A stretch of DNA of 53,284 nucleotides from Armatimonadota bacterium (GTDB lineage Bacteria > Sysuimicrobiota > Sysuimicrobiia > Sysuimicrobiales > Humicultoraceae). Shown piece by piece: positions 17,468 through 26,894 of this stretch. Position numbers and translations under genes: made by a program. A model generated the notes under the pieces. The model did not search any database. It saw nothing but the letters and a program-made list of their open reading frames with translations, and was not told the origin of the DNA. The first letter of the stretch is position 1; each line of letters opens with the position of its first letter. The stretch covers positions 1 to 53,284 of the forward strand of contig JBQTJG010000551.1 of the NCBI GenBank assembly GCA_052387355.1. Reading direction: 5' to 3'.

Positions 17468-18301
17468 TCAGGGCGCAAAAGCCAGCAGCATCTCTCGCAC
17501 GAGCCAGGCCGCCAGCATCGCGGTCTGGCCTGTGGGATCGAACGGCGGGCTGACTTCCACCAGATCGCATCCGACGACACGACACTCCCGCAAGGCGGCG
17601 AGCACGGTTACCACATCGCCAACGGAGAGGCCGAGCGGCTCTGGATTCCCTGTTCCCGGCGCGAGGCTCGGATCGAACGCATCGATATCCACCGAGAGGT
17701 AGAGGGGGCGTCCTTCGAGCGCCTTCCACGTCGTGGAGGGCATGGTTGCAGTGCGGCTGTGGAAGGCCAGCGACCCGGCGTCCGTCCATTCGCCGCGCGT
17801 GCCCGATCGGGCGCCCAGGACGATGACGCGCTCCGGTCCCAGCCGATCGGCGATCCGGCGGACCGTCGTCGCATGCGACCACCGCTCCCCGTCGTAGTCG
17901 TCGCGCAGATCGAGGTGGGCGTCGAGCACGATCACCGCCAGATCGGGATGGCGATCGGCCAGGGCGGTAAGCGCACCGATCGTCACGGTATGCTCGCCAC
18001 CCAACAGGACGGGTAGGCCCTCGGCATCGGCGGCCGCGACATCGGCGACAGCAGAACGGACGCGGCCGATCATCTCCTCGGGCATGCAGCCCGCGAGATC
18101 GAGGTCGCCGGCGTCGGCGATGGCCAGATCCTCCAGATCGCGTTGTTGGATCGGGCTGTAGGTTTCGAGGCTGTCCGAGGCCCATCGGATCGTGGCAGGA
18201 GCCGCCCGGGCGCCCCGGCGGTGCGTGGTCGTCGCGTCGAACGGCGCGCCGATGACGACGGCAGAGGGCCTGGGGTGAGGCCGCGCTCCCAGGAACGGCA
18301 T
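17468..18301 (-). CDS. speB: Agmatinase / aminopropylagmatine ureohydrolase
   Basis: GAPFD, GGEH, DAHLD, SVDIDAFDP, APGTGNPEP. Confidence 0.9.
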   Translation of the reverse strand: MPFLGARPHPRPSAVVIGAPFDATTTHRRGARAAPATIRWASDSLETYSPIQQRDLEDLAIADAGDLDLAGCMPEEMIGRVRSAVADVAAADAEGLPVLLGGEHTVTIGALTALADRHPDLAVIVLDAHLDLRDDYDGERWSHATTVRRIADRLGPERVIVLGARSGTRGEWTDAGSLAFHSRTATMPSTTWKALEGRPLYLSVDIDAFDPSLAPGTGNPEPLGLSVGDVVTVLAALRECRVVGCDLVEVSPPFDPTGQTAMLAAWLVREMLLAFAP

Positions 18302-18308
18302 TCGGTGG

Positions 18309-19160
18309 CTAGCCGCCGGTCAACCCCGCGTCCAGGAATGGCGGCAGGTGAAAGTAGCTCGCGTGATCCACAGGAACGTAATACTGTGTGGGGATCATCG
18401 CCATCTTTTGAGAGACTTCGGCGCCATCAATGGCTGCGGGGTCCCGCGTCTGCGCGCCGACCGTGAAGGTCCACAGCACGCCCGGATAGGTGGGGACGGC
18501 TCCCAGATAGCAACGGAGCCACCGGAAGTGCGGCGCCATGTTGCGGCGCACCATAGCGATCACGTCCTGCTGGTAGAGGGGGGACCCGCTTTGGACCGCG
18601 AGGACCCCTGAGGGCCCCACGATCCGCGCGAGATCGCCATAGAACTCGCTCGAGAAGAGTCCCAGGGAGGGTCCCTTCGGATCGGTCGAATCCACCAGCG
18701 CCACGTCGAACCTCTCGGCAGTCTGCCTGGCAAACGCGATGCCGTCCTCGATCAACAATCGCGTGCGCGGGTCATCGAATGCCAAAGCCGGAATCGCGGG
18801 AATCAGCCGGCATGTGACCTCGACGACGTCCCGGTCGAGTTCCACCATGGTCGCATGCTCGATGGGATGACGCAGCGCTTCGCGCAGCAGCCCGCCGTCG
18901 CCGCCACCGATGATCAGGACCCGGCGCGGTGCCGTGTGCGTACAGAGGGGCACATGCGAGAGCATCTCGTGGTAGATGAACTCGTCGCGTTCGGTCGTCT
19001 GCACTGCCTCGTCCAGGATGAGCATCCGGCCGAAGTCACGATTGTCGATGACGCGGATGCGCTGGTAGCGCGACCGGCTGTCATGCAGCACCGCGTCGAC
19101 GCGATAGATGTGGGCGAACGCCTCTCCGCCTGGATCGGTGATCCATTCGCTCTCCGGCAA
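18309..19160 (-). CDS. speE: Polyamine aminopropyltransferase
   Basis: DEFIYHEM, LIIGGGDGG, VELD, VDSTDP, VPTYP; AAGGGAGG RBS before TTG. Confidence 0.92.
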   Translation of the reverse strand: MPESEWITDPGGEAFAHIYRVDAVLHDSRSRYQRIRVIDNRDFGRMLILDEAVQTTERDEFIYHEMLSHVPLCTHTAPRRVLIIGGGDGGLLREALRHPIEHATMVELDRDVVEVTCRLIPAIPALAFDDPRTRLLIEDGIAFARQTAERFDVALVDSTDPKGPSLGLFSSEFYGDLARIVGPSGVLAVQSGSPLYQQDVIAMVRRNMAPHFRWLRCYLGAVPTYPGVLWTFTVGAQTRDPAAIDGAEVSQKMAMIPTQYYVPVDHASYFHLPPFLDAGLTGG

Positions 19161-19197
19161 TGGTTCCTCCCTTGAATTGACAGGTCAGTCTGGCTGG

Positions 19198-19659
19198 TCA
19201 ATCTGACCAAAGGAGCACCGCGGCGACGACGCACCCCATCCGCTGCACGACGTGGTCTCGCGCGGCCACCACGACCTCAGTCACCTGCAAGCCGCGCGTC
19301 GCCATCGCCTCCTGGACCATCCGGCGGACAATCTCGTCGGCGTTCTCCGCGGTGCCCGTGTGCGAGTATTCCATGATGACGCCGTACCCTTCGGTCGAGA
19401 TGCCGATGCCGACTGCCGCGGCGATCCGCTCACCCGGCGTGTGCCGGCTGATCCGGGCGTAGACGGCGGGCATGAGCATCCCCGGGATAAAAGGACGCAG
19501 GGGGACAATCCTCGCCCCCTGGGGGAAGATGCTGGTCACACGAATGAAGTTCAGATTGGCGATGCCCGCGTCCATCAGCGCGTGGTCGAACGCGTTGAGA
19601 TCGGTCATCCCCTCGCCCGCGCCTGCGACGGCCGTCACGGCCCGCGGGAGTGTCCACAT
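19198..19659 (-). CDS. pdaD: Pyruvoyl-dependent arginine decarboxylase
   Basis: LNAFDHALMDAGIANLN, VT/SIFP self-cleavage site, GYGVIMEY; GGAGGAGG RBS before ATG 19659. Confidence 0.88.
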   Translation of the reverse strand: MWTLPRAVTAVAGAGEGMTDLNAFDHALMDAGIANLNFIRVTSIFPQGARIVPLRPFIPGMLMPAVYARISRHTPGERIAAAVGIGISTEGYGVIMEYSHTGTAENADEIVRRMVQEAMATRGLQVTEVVVAARDHVVQRMGCVVAAVLLWSD

Positions 19660-19710
19660 CGTCGAGCCTCCTCCGGGTGTTGGAACACGTGCTGGCGACA
19701 AGGCGCTTTT

Positions 19711-19735
19711 ATTCCACCCGGTGTCGGGCCTTCCT
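19711..19735 (-). promoter_or_regulatory. Sigma-H-like promoter of pdaD-speE-speB
   Basis: Minus strand AGGA-N17-GAAT, matching the B. subtilis sigma-H consensus pattern. Confidence 0.55.
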
Positions 19736-19807
19736 CCCCTGACGCCGCACGCGGCCGCACCCACAAGACGCGGAGGGTGCAGCCCGTTGGCGCCGAACCT
19801 CTCTACT

Positions 19808-20167
19808 ATGATCGCGTCCCGTAACCGGATGGCCTGGGTTCTCGTGTCGTTGTGGATGGCGGTGATCGCCTGGGGATCACTTGCCCCAGGGGTCGGTATC
19901 TCCCCAGGACCGGATTCTTTGATTCACGGATGGGCGTACCTCGTGCTAGCCTGGCTGCTGCGAGGGGCGATGACGCAGAGTGGATTTTCCAGAAGCTTGA
20001 TCCTGCCGGCCGTGCTCGCGTGGGGATTCGGACTGCTCATGGAGGGCCTGCAGCTTATGCTGCCTTTTCGGAGCGGCGAAATCCGCGATCTCATTGCGAA
20101 CGCCGTAGGAGCGGGCGTCGCCATGACACTGCCGGTTCCGCGAAGCGCCGGAACCGACGTACGATGA
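19808..20167 (+). CDS. VanZ-like membrane protein
   Basis: HGWAYLVL, EGLQLMLPFRS, DLIANAVG. Confidence 0.78.
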   Translation: MIASRNRMAWVLVSLWMAVIAWGSLAPGVGISPGPDSLIHGWAYLVLAWLLRGAMTQSGFSRSLILPAVLAWGFGLLMEGLQLMLPFRSGEIRDLIANAVGAGVAMTLPVPRSAGTDVR

Positions 20168-21885
20168 CGGCCCGACACGTGACGACTGTCCGGCGCATCG
20201 CCACGGCGCTCGTCCTCGCGTCGATTGCGGTGGGCGTCCGTGTCCCGCCGGGGTCCGGGCAGCCTGCCACGCCCGGGATGTCGCAGACGCCGGGGGTCAC
20301 GCAACTCGGTCTCATCTCGCCGGATCAGACGACCTTTGCGCCGGCCAGGAGCGCCGGGGTCCGCGCCGTCAAGATCCTGGCCGACTGGAACGCCATCGAA
20401 GCGCAGCGGGGCGCGCCGTCGTGGGCCGACCTCGATCGCGCGGTTGCCGGCGCCGTTCGAGAGGGTCTGGCGCCTATCGTCGTCCTGGCCTACACGCCAC
20501 GATGGGCGAGCATCGGCACGGGCGCCGATCTCACCCGGGCCGAGATCTACAGCCGGCAGCCTCCGCGCGACCTCAAGGATTGGGAGCGATTCGTCGATAC
20601 CGCCGCGGGGCGGTTCCGCGGGCGCGTCTCGCAGTGGCAGGTCTGGACGCAGCTCGGCCTGCCGCACTTCCGCGGCACAGGGTCGGAGTACCTCGCGCTC
20701 CTCCAGACCGCCCGCGCGCGTCTCCGCGCCAGCGATCCCGCGGCCCGCGTGGTGATGGCCGCCCCGACGGGCGTGGACCTTGGGTTCCTCGTCCGCGTGG
20801 CTCAGGAGGCTTCAGGCGCCTTCGATGTCATCACCCTAACCCCACAGGGCTTCAGTCCCGAGTCGCTGCTTCGACCGCTCGCAGTGCTCGGCCAGCGGGT
20901 GCGCAGCGCGGGCAAGGCACTCTGGCTCGATTGGAATCCGGACGGCGCCGCCGTCCCCGCCGACCGATCCGCGGGATTCTGGGCGCGCCTGTTGGTCGTG
21001 TCTCAGGCGACCGGCATCGAGCGCCTCTTTGCGGGTGATCCTTCCCGGCTCGCGGGCGAGCTGCGACAGGCCGCGGCGGTCCTGGCGGGCCGGCCGTACG
21101 CGGGCTACCTGGTGCGGGATCCTGATGTGTACGCCCTGGTGTTTGGGACCGGACCTGATGCGGTGCTGCTCGGTTGGGCGACGGCTGAGGGTCGAGTGCT
21201 CGAGCTGCCCGGCGCGCAAGGGCTCAAGGTGACGACTGTTGACGGTCAGCCGGCACCGGTCGAGGTCCGCGACGGTCGGGGCATCGTTCGGCTCGGATTG
21301 ACACCCGTCGTGGCGAGTGGCTTCCCTGCGGCGCTCGTTGATGAGGCGCGCACCACGGCCGCGAACCGCGGTCCGCTCGTCCCCATCGTCACGCCCGACC
21401 GGGACTACAGCCGCCAGACCGAGGTGTCGGCGCGGCTCGCACGTGTGGGCGAAGAGCGGGGTCTGTACAACCTTCCGTACCGTTCACGGAGCAACGGCGC
21501 GGTCGAGCCGGTGGAAATAGGCGGCGTGGAGGCCGTGCAGACGAGCGTCACGCGCCAGGTGATCTATGTCTATTTTGATATCGATGACACGTTCCTGTAC
21601 TTCGTCGAAGGGCGGGTGGCGGTCGAGATCACGGTCGAGGTACGGGGTGCGCGCGCGGACCGCCAGGTCGGGTTCAACCTGCTCTACGATTCGACCGGAG
21701 GGTACCGGTTCACACCCTGGCAGTGGATCGATGCCCGCGACGGCTGGGTGAGCTACACCATACGCCTGACCGATGCCAACATGGCCAACACGTGGGGCTG
21801 GGACTTCGCCATCAACACGGCCGGAAATCGCGCGGAGGATTTGATCGTCCGATCAGTGACGGTTCGGAAAGCCGCAAACTCGTAA
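20164..21885 (+). CDS. Secreted GH clan-A-like TIM-barrel protein with C-terminal beta-sandwich; catalytic Glu residues appear absent
   Basis: Signal peptide; WNAIE, W.DLDRAV, LAYTPRWAS, PP.D..DWERFV motifs of GH39/GH5-like proteins. Confidence 0.6.
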   Translation: MTARHVTTVRRIATALVLASIAVGVRVPPGSGQPATPGMSQTPGVTQLGLISPDQTTFAPARSAGVRAVKILADWNAIEAQRGAPSWADLDRAVAGAVREGLAPIVVLAYTPRWASIGTGADLTRAEIYSRQPPRDLKDWERFVDTAAGRFRGRVSQWQVWTQLGLPHFRGTGSEYLALLQTARARLRASDPAARVVMAAPTGVDLGFLVRVAQEASGAFDVITLTPQGFSPESLLRPLAVLGQRVRSAGKALWLDWNPDGAAVPADRSAGFWARLLVVSQATGIERLFAGDPSRLAGELRQAAAVLAGRPYAGYLVRDPDVYALVFGTGPDAVLLGWATAEGRVLELPGAQGLKVTTVDGQPAPVEVRDGRGIVRLGLTPVVASGFPAALVDEARTTAANRGPLVPIVTPDRDYSRQTEVSARLARVGEERGLYNLPYRSRSNGAVEPVEIGGVEAVQTSVTRQVIYVYFDIDDTFLYFVEGRVAVEITVEVRGARADRQVGFNLLYDSTGGYRFTPWQWIDARDGWVSYTIRLTDANMANTWGWDFAINTAGNRAEDLIVRSVTVRKAANS

Positions 21886-21932
21886 GGAAAGGGAGCGAAC
21901 GTAGGGCACGGATTCAGAAGGGGGGAGTACAG

Positions 21933-23201
21933 GTGAAAGGACAGATACGCGGCATCGCGGTTGTGGTAGGCTTCTTGCTGGCCGCCATGGTCATCCCCGT
22001 TGGCGCACAGGCGCCGATACCCTCGACCATCAAGGTGGGAGCGCTCTTCGACCTGACAGGTCCCACTTCAGACGTTGGTGTCGATTACCACAAGGGTGTC
22101 CTGGATCACGTGAGGTACATCAACGAGTCCCAAAGCGGAGTCCGCGGCAAGGTCAGGATCGACCTGGTCTGGGCCGACTACGCCTACCGCATCCCCGAGA
22201 GCCTGAACCTGTACCGCAAGTATCGGGACGTCGACAGGGTGCAGGCGATCATCGGCTGGGGCACCAACGACACGGAGGCGCTCAAGGAGCAGATCGCTGC
22301 CGATCAGATCCCGTACATCTCGGCGTCGTACTCCTCGCACCTCAACGACCCGTCGAAGACACCGTACAACTTCTATCCGGTGTCGTCATATTCTGACCAG
22401 ATCCGCGCGGTCCTCAAGTACGCCCGGGACCTTGCGCGGAAGGAACGCATCGCGAACCCCAAGTTCGTGTTCGTGTACCCCGACCATCCGTACGGCCGCG
22501 CGCCGATTCCTGCAGGCAAGGACTACGCGAAGGAATTAGGCTTCGAGGTCGGGCCCGACCAGATCGTCGCCCTGACGGCGCTGGAAGCCCGCGGCCAGGT
22601 GTCCGCGATCAGGTCCTTCGGCGCGGACTTCGCCTGGCTCGGTGGCACGACCAACTCGGCCTCCGTGACAGTGCGCGATGCCAGCCAGGCCGGCCTGAAA
22701 ACCCGCTGGTTCGTCAACGTCTGGGGCTACGACGAGAACATGATCAAGTTGATCGGCCAGTCGGCGGAGAACGTGTACGGCTCAACGCCGCACGCCTACT
22801 TCGGCGAGCCTGTCCCGGGTATGCGTACGATCTACGACGCGTATAAGCGGTTCCAGGGCAAGGAAGTTCCGAAGTTCGATTGGGGCACGACCCAGACCCC
22901 ATACATCGCGTCGTACATTCGCGGCTGGCTGAACGTGTACATGCTGAAGAAGGGTCTCGAAACTATCGTGGACGGGTGGTCGTCCTACGGCCCGGCCGGT
23001 GGGTTCGCGGGCACCAACGTCCGGTCGGCCATCGAACTGCTGAAGAACTGGGATCCGGATGGGCTCGCGCCGCCGATCACCGTGTCGCGCAGCGATCACA
23101 GGCCGTCGACCACGACCCGTATCGTGCAGGTAAAGAACGGTCGGATCGGGATTGTGGAGACGGTGACGGTCGAGCGGCGGAGTAACTGGCTCGGGTACTG
23201 A
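21933..23201 (+). CDS. LIV-type (PBP1) ABC substrate-binding protein
   Basis: Signal peptide, IKVGALFDLTGPTSDVG, GWGTNDT, DHR near C-terminus; GGGGGAG RBS before GTG 21933. Confidence 0.85.
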   Translation: MKGQIRGIAVVVGFLLAAMVIPVGAQAPIPSTIKVGALFDLTGPTSDVGVDYHKGVLDHVRYINESQSGVRGKVRIDLVWADYAYRIPESLNLYRKYRDVDRVQAIIGWGTNDTEALKEQIAADQIPYISASYSSHLNDPSKTPYNFYPVSSYSDQIRAVLKYARDLARKERIANPKFVFVYPDHPYGRAPIPAGKDYAKELGFEVGPDQIVALTALEARGQVSAIRSFGADFAWLGGTTNSASVTVRDASQAGLKTRWFVNVWGYDENMIKLIGQSAENVYGSTPHAYFGEPVPGMRTIYDAYKRFQGKEVPKFDWGTTQTPYIASYIRGWLNVYMLKKGLETIVDGWSSYGPAGGFAGTNVRSAIELLKNWDPDGLAPPITVSRSDHRPSTTTRIVQVKNGRIGIVETVTVERRSNWLGY

Positions 23202-23234
23202 TCTCCGCGCGCGCCTAGACTGACCGGTATGTCA

Positions 23235-23265
23235 CCCGGCGGCTCCCACTTCGGGGGCCGTCGGG
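23235..23265 (+). terminator. GC-rich hairpin after the binding-protein gene (mRNA stabiliser or weak terminator)
   Basis: CCCGGCGGCTCCC/GGGGGCCGTCGGG 13-bp stem with two G-U pairs; no strong U tract. Confidence 0.5.
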
Positions 23266-23282
23266 CTCTACTCACAGCAGCC

Positions 23283-24245
23283 TTGGGCGTCTACCTCCTG
23301 CGTCGACTCCTGCACTCACTCGTCGTGCTGACGCTGATCAGCGTCGCGACGTTCCTGATCGTCCATCTGTCGCCGGGGGGGCCCGAGGTGCTCTACGCCG
23401 GTGACCTGCCGCCGTCGGAGCGCCAGTATATCATCCGCAACCTGGGTCTCGACCAGCCGCTGCATGTGCAGTTCACGCGCTGGTTCGGCGCGCTGCTGCG
23501 GGGGGACTTCGGCCGGTCCTTCAACCAGCAGCGGGCCGTGCTGGACCTGATCCGCGAGCGGCTTCCCGCCTCGTTGGTGCTGGCCGGTGCGTCGCTCGTG
23601 GTCGCGGTGGTCGTCGGCGTGCCACTGGGCGTCGCCGCTGCCCGGCGGCCGAACTCGTGGGTGGACTACTGGGCCACGGGCGTCAGCGTGCTGGGCGTCT
23701 CGATCCCCACGTTCTGGTTGGGGATCGTGCTGATCTTGTTGTTCTCGGTACGGTGGCGGTTGCTGCCGTCGGCTGGGATGGCGACGGTCGGCGTTGGGTT
23801 CTCAATCGGCGATCTCGTCAGCCACCTCATCATGCCGGCGTTCGTGTTGTCGCTCGTCTATCTGGCGCAGATCGCATCCTACACGCGCGCGAGCCTGCTT
23901 GACGTCATGGGCCGCGACTACGTACGCACGGCGCGCGCCAAAGGGCTTCGCGAGGTCACGGTGCTGGTGCGGCACGCGCTTCGCAACGGCCTGATCCCGG
24001 TCGTGACAGTCATCGGCCTGCTGATCCCGCGCCTGGTCGGGGGCGCGGCGATCACGGAAACGATCTTCTCGTGGCCGGGCATGGGTCGGTTGGCGGTCGA
24101 GGCGGCGCTCAAGCGCGACTATCCAGTGGTCATGGGCATCACGGTGATCTTCGCCGTAGCCGTGATCGCCAGCAGCCTGGTCGTGGACGTGCTCTATGGG
24201 CTGGTCGATCCGCGGGTGAAGATCGGGGCAGCGGATGAGCGCTAG
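23283..24245 (+). CDS. Peptide/nickel ABC transporter permease (DppB/OppB-like)
   Basis: YLLRRL, LGLDQPL, GDFGRS, DYVRTARAKGL, RDYPVV; likely TTG start 23283 (ORF track 23229). Confidence 0.9.
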   Translation: MGVYLLRRLLHSLVVLTLISVATFLIVHLSPGGPEVLYAGDLPPSERQYIIRNLGLDQPLHVQFTRWFGALLRGDFGRSFNQQRAVLDLIRERLPASLVLAGASLVVAVVVGVPLGVAAARRPNSWVDYWATGVSVLGVSIPTFWLGIVLILLFSVRWRLLPSAGMATVGVGFSIGDLVSHLIMPAFVLSLVYLAQIASYTRASLLDVMGRDYVRTARAKGLREVTVLVRHALRNGLIPVVTVIGLLIPRLVGGAAITETIFSWPGMGRLAVEAALKRDYPVVMGITVIFAVAVIASSLVVDVLYGLVDPRVKIGAADER

Positions 24246-25125
24246 CGAGGCGGCGACCGTCGCCCGGGCACCGGTTACGGGCGTCGACTCGCCGTGGGTC
24301 CGGGCGCGGCGCCGGTTCGGCCGGAATCGTCTGGCCGTGGTCAGCCTGATCGCCCTCGCCGTGATCCACCTGGCGTCGGCCGCCGGCCCTGCGGTCATTC
24401 CCCAGTCGCCGTTTGAGGTCGACCCGCTCCGCACGCTCAGGCCTCCTGGCCCGGGCCATCCGCTCGGGACGGACGAGAGCGGGCGCGACGTGTTGGCGCG
24501 CCTGCTCTACGGCGGCAGGGTCTCGCTGGCGGTCGGGATCGTGTCGGTGCTGCTGTCCGTGACGCTCGGAACCATCGTCGGGGCGATCGCCGGCTACTTC
24601 GGCAGCGCCACCGACTCGGTGCTCATGCGGCTGACCGACGGGTTCATGGCCCTGCCGACGTTCTTCCTGCTGCTTGTCATCCTGGCAGTGTTCGGCGGAT
24701 CACTCTGGTCGGTGATCGTCGTGATCGGCATCACGTCATGGATGAACCTGGGCCGGCTGGTGCGGGGCGAGTTTCTGCGGTGGAAGGCGCAGGACTTCGT
24801 CGAGGCGGCACGCGCGCTCGGCGTGCGCGACGCCGCGATCATGTGGCGGCACCTGCTGCCGCACACGCTGCCATCGATCATCGTCACGGCCACGTTGGGC
24901 GTGGCCTTCGCCATCCTGACCGAGTCGGCGGTGAGTTACCTCGGCATGGGGATCCAGCTGCCAATCCCCTCGTGGGGCAACATGCTGAGCAACGCGCAGA
25001 ACTACATCTACTCGCAGCCGCTGCTGGCCGTCTACCCTGGTGTGATGATCCTGATCACCGTGCTGGCGTACAACTTCTTGGGTAACGGCCTGCGTGATGC
25101 GCTCGACCCACGCCGGGGCGCGTGA
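24235..25125 (+). CDS. Peptide/nickel ABC transporter permease (DppC/OppC-like)
   Basis: HPLGTDESGRD, FVEAARALG, PSWGNML, GLRDALDP. Confidence 0.9.
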   Translation: MSASEAATVARAPVTGVDSPWVRARRRFGRNRLAVVSLIALAVIHLASAAGPAVIPQSPFEVDPLRTLRPPGPGHPLGTDESGRDVLARLLYGGRVSLAVGIVSVLLSVTLGTIVGAIAGYFGSATDSVLMRLTDGFMALPTFFLLLVILAVFGGSLWSVIVVIGITSWMNLGRLVRGEFLRWKAQDFVEAARALGVRDAAIMWRHLLPHTLPSIIVTATLGVAFAILTESAVSYLGMGIQLPIPSWGNMLSNAQNYIYSQPLLAVYPGVMILITVLAYNFLGNGLRDALDPRRGA

Positions 25126-25271
25126 CCGCGGCGGCGACGCCCGGGCTGCGCGTGATGCACTCGGGGGCCCGGAGGAACCGTCTCTGCCGGGGCCGAAGGT
25201 CCGTGTCCAGGATCAGGAACGGCCTCGCAGAGGGAACCGACCTCACGGTACGAGGAGAAGGAGGGTTCGTG

Positions 25272-26879
25272 ATGCGACCTACTGCTCGGGTCCCCCGCAT
25301 GCTTTCGGTCGTCGTCCTGGCGCTCGGTCTGGCCTTCGCCGTCGCCGCACCCGGCCCGTCAGCTCCAGTCCCTCAACAGGGCGGACAGTTCATCATGCCC
25401 ATTCAAACCGATCCCAACATGATCAGCGTGGTCGGCCACGACACCGCCTCGGTCATGGTCAACAAGGTCCTGTTCAACGGCCTGACCAAACCGAGCGAAA
25501 CCACGCAGTCGCCGGTGCCCGACCTGGCCGAGTCGTGGACGGTCTCGCCCGACGGCCTGACCTGGACGTTCAACCTGCACCGCGGCGCCAAGTGGCACGA
25601 CGGCCAGCCGTTTGGGGCCGACGACGTCAAGTTCACGATGGATCTCGTCCTCGATCCGAAGACCGGCAGCCGCTGGCGCGCGAACTTCCTGTCGGTGCGC
25701 GAGGTACGGGTGGCCAGCCCCAACCAGGTGCAGTTCCTCATGAAGGAGCCGTTCTCACCGCTGCCCGTCTTCCTGGGCTACAACATGGGCATCCTGCCCA
25801 AACACATCTTGCAGGGACAGGACCCGAACAACTTCCCATCGTTCACGCGACAGAACCCGGTCGGCACCGGGCCGTTCAAGATCCGGGAGTCGCGCGCCGG
25901 CAGCCACGTCACCATGGTGGCCAACCCCGACTTCCATTTCGGCCGGCCCAAGCTTGAATCGATCACCTTCAAGGTCATCCCCGACCAGAACGTTCAGATT
26001 GCCCAGCTACGGACTGGCGAGATGACGTTTGTGTGGATCGAGCCGTTTAACCTGCAGACGTTGCGCAATCAGTCGGGCATCACGATCAATGAGGGCAACC
26101 AGATTAACTTCTGGTACCTGTCGTTGAACAAGAACAACCCGCTCTTCCAGGACCGCAAGGTACGCCTGGCCCTGACCCACGCCATCAACCGCCAGGCGAT
26201 CGTCTCAGGGATCATGGCCGGCAAGGCGCAGCTCGCCTCGCACCCCTGGAACCCATTCCTCAAGGACTACTACGCGGACACCACGGACTACCCCTACGAC
26301 CCGCAGAAGGCGCGCGCCTTGATGGCCGAGGCTGGATGGAAGCCCGGGCCAACGGGCGTGCTCGAGAAGGACGGCAGGCCGTTCCGCTTCACGATCACGA
26401 CGCTGCGGGGGAACCCGTCGTTCGAACAGGTCGGCGTGCTGGCGCAACAGTACTACAAGAACCTGGGCCTGGATCCGCACCTCGAGGCGCTGGAGTTCTC
26501 GCTGTACATCCGGGACCGGCGGGACAACCGCACCGGCCCGAACGCCTCACAGATGCTGGTGCACTTCTGGGTGACCCCGCCGACGCCGGATCTCTACAAC
26601 TACTTCGGGTGCGAGGCCAAGGACACCGGCAACAACACCGGCGCCTACTGCAACCAGGCGGCCGACCGGCTGTTCCTCGAAGGCCGGCGCGCGATCCAGC
26701 TCTCGCGGCAGCGCGACATCTACGCGCGGTTGCAGCGAATGTTCGCCGAGGACCTCCCCGAGGTGCCGCTGTTTTATCCAACCGAGCTGCGGGCGATCTC
26801 GTCGCGGTTGAAAGGTTTCTCGCCGTTGGGCGTTCGCGATGCGCTGATCTACTCGTACAACTGGTACTTCGAGCGGTAG
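25272..26879 (+). CDS. Peptide ABC substrate-binding protein (family 5)
   Basis: Signal peptide, PDLAESWTVSPDGLTWTFNL, KWHDG, GTGPF, YDPQKARALM; AGGAGGG RBS before 25272. Confidence 0.9.
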   Translation: MRPTARVPRMLSVVVLALGLAFAVAAPGPSAPVPQQGGQFIMPIQTDPNMISVVGHDTASVMVNKVLFNGLTKPSETTQSPVPDLAESWTVSPDGLTWTFNLHRGAKWHDGQPFGADDVKFTMDLVLDPKTGSRWRANFLSVREVRVASPNQVQFLMKEPFSPLPVFLGYNMGILPKHILQGQDPNNFPSFTRQNPVGTGPFKIRESRAGSHVTMVANPDFHFGRPKLESITFKVIPDQNVQIAQLRTGEMTFVWIEPFNLQTLRNQSGITINEGNQINFWYLSLNKNNPLFQDRKVRLALTHAINRQAIVSGIMAGKAQLASHPWNPFLKDYYADTTDYPYDPQKARALMAEAGWKPGPTGVLEKDGRPFRFTITTLRGNPSFEQVGVLAQQYYKNLGLDPHLEALEFSLYIRDRRDNRTGPNASQMLVHFWVTPPTPDLYNYFGCEAKDTGNNTGAYCNQAADRLFLEGRRAIQLSRQRDIYARLQRMFAEDLPEVPLFYPTELRAISSRLKGFSPLGVRDALIYSYNWYFER

Positions 26880-26894
26880 TCCCAGCGCCACCGA

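Noticed and set aside
19660-19807. Possible SAM-I/spermidine-type riboswitch upstream of the polyamine operon
   Set aside because: Hairpins exist but SAM-I core motifs were not recognisable; two divergent promoter-like motifs explain the region and leave only a short leader.
25174-25250. Three GGAAC pentamers as ECF promoters before the peptide SBP
   Set aside because: None has CGTA/CGTT at the correct spacing.
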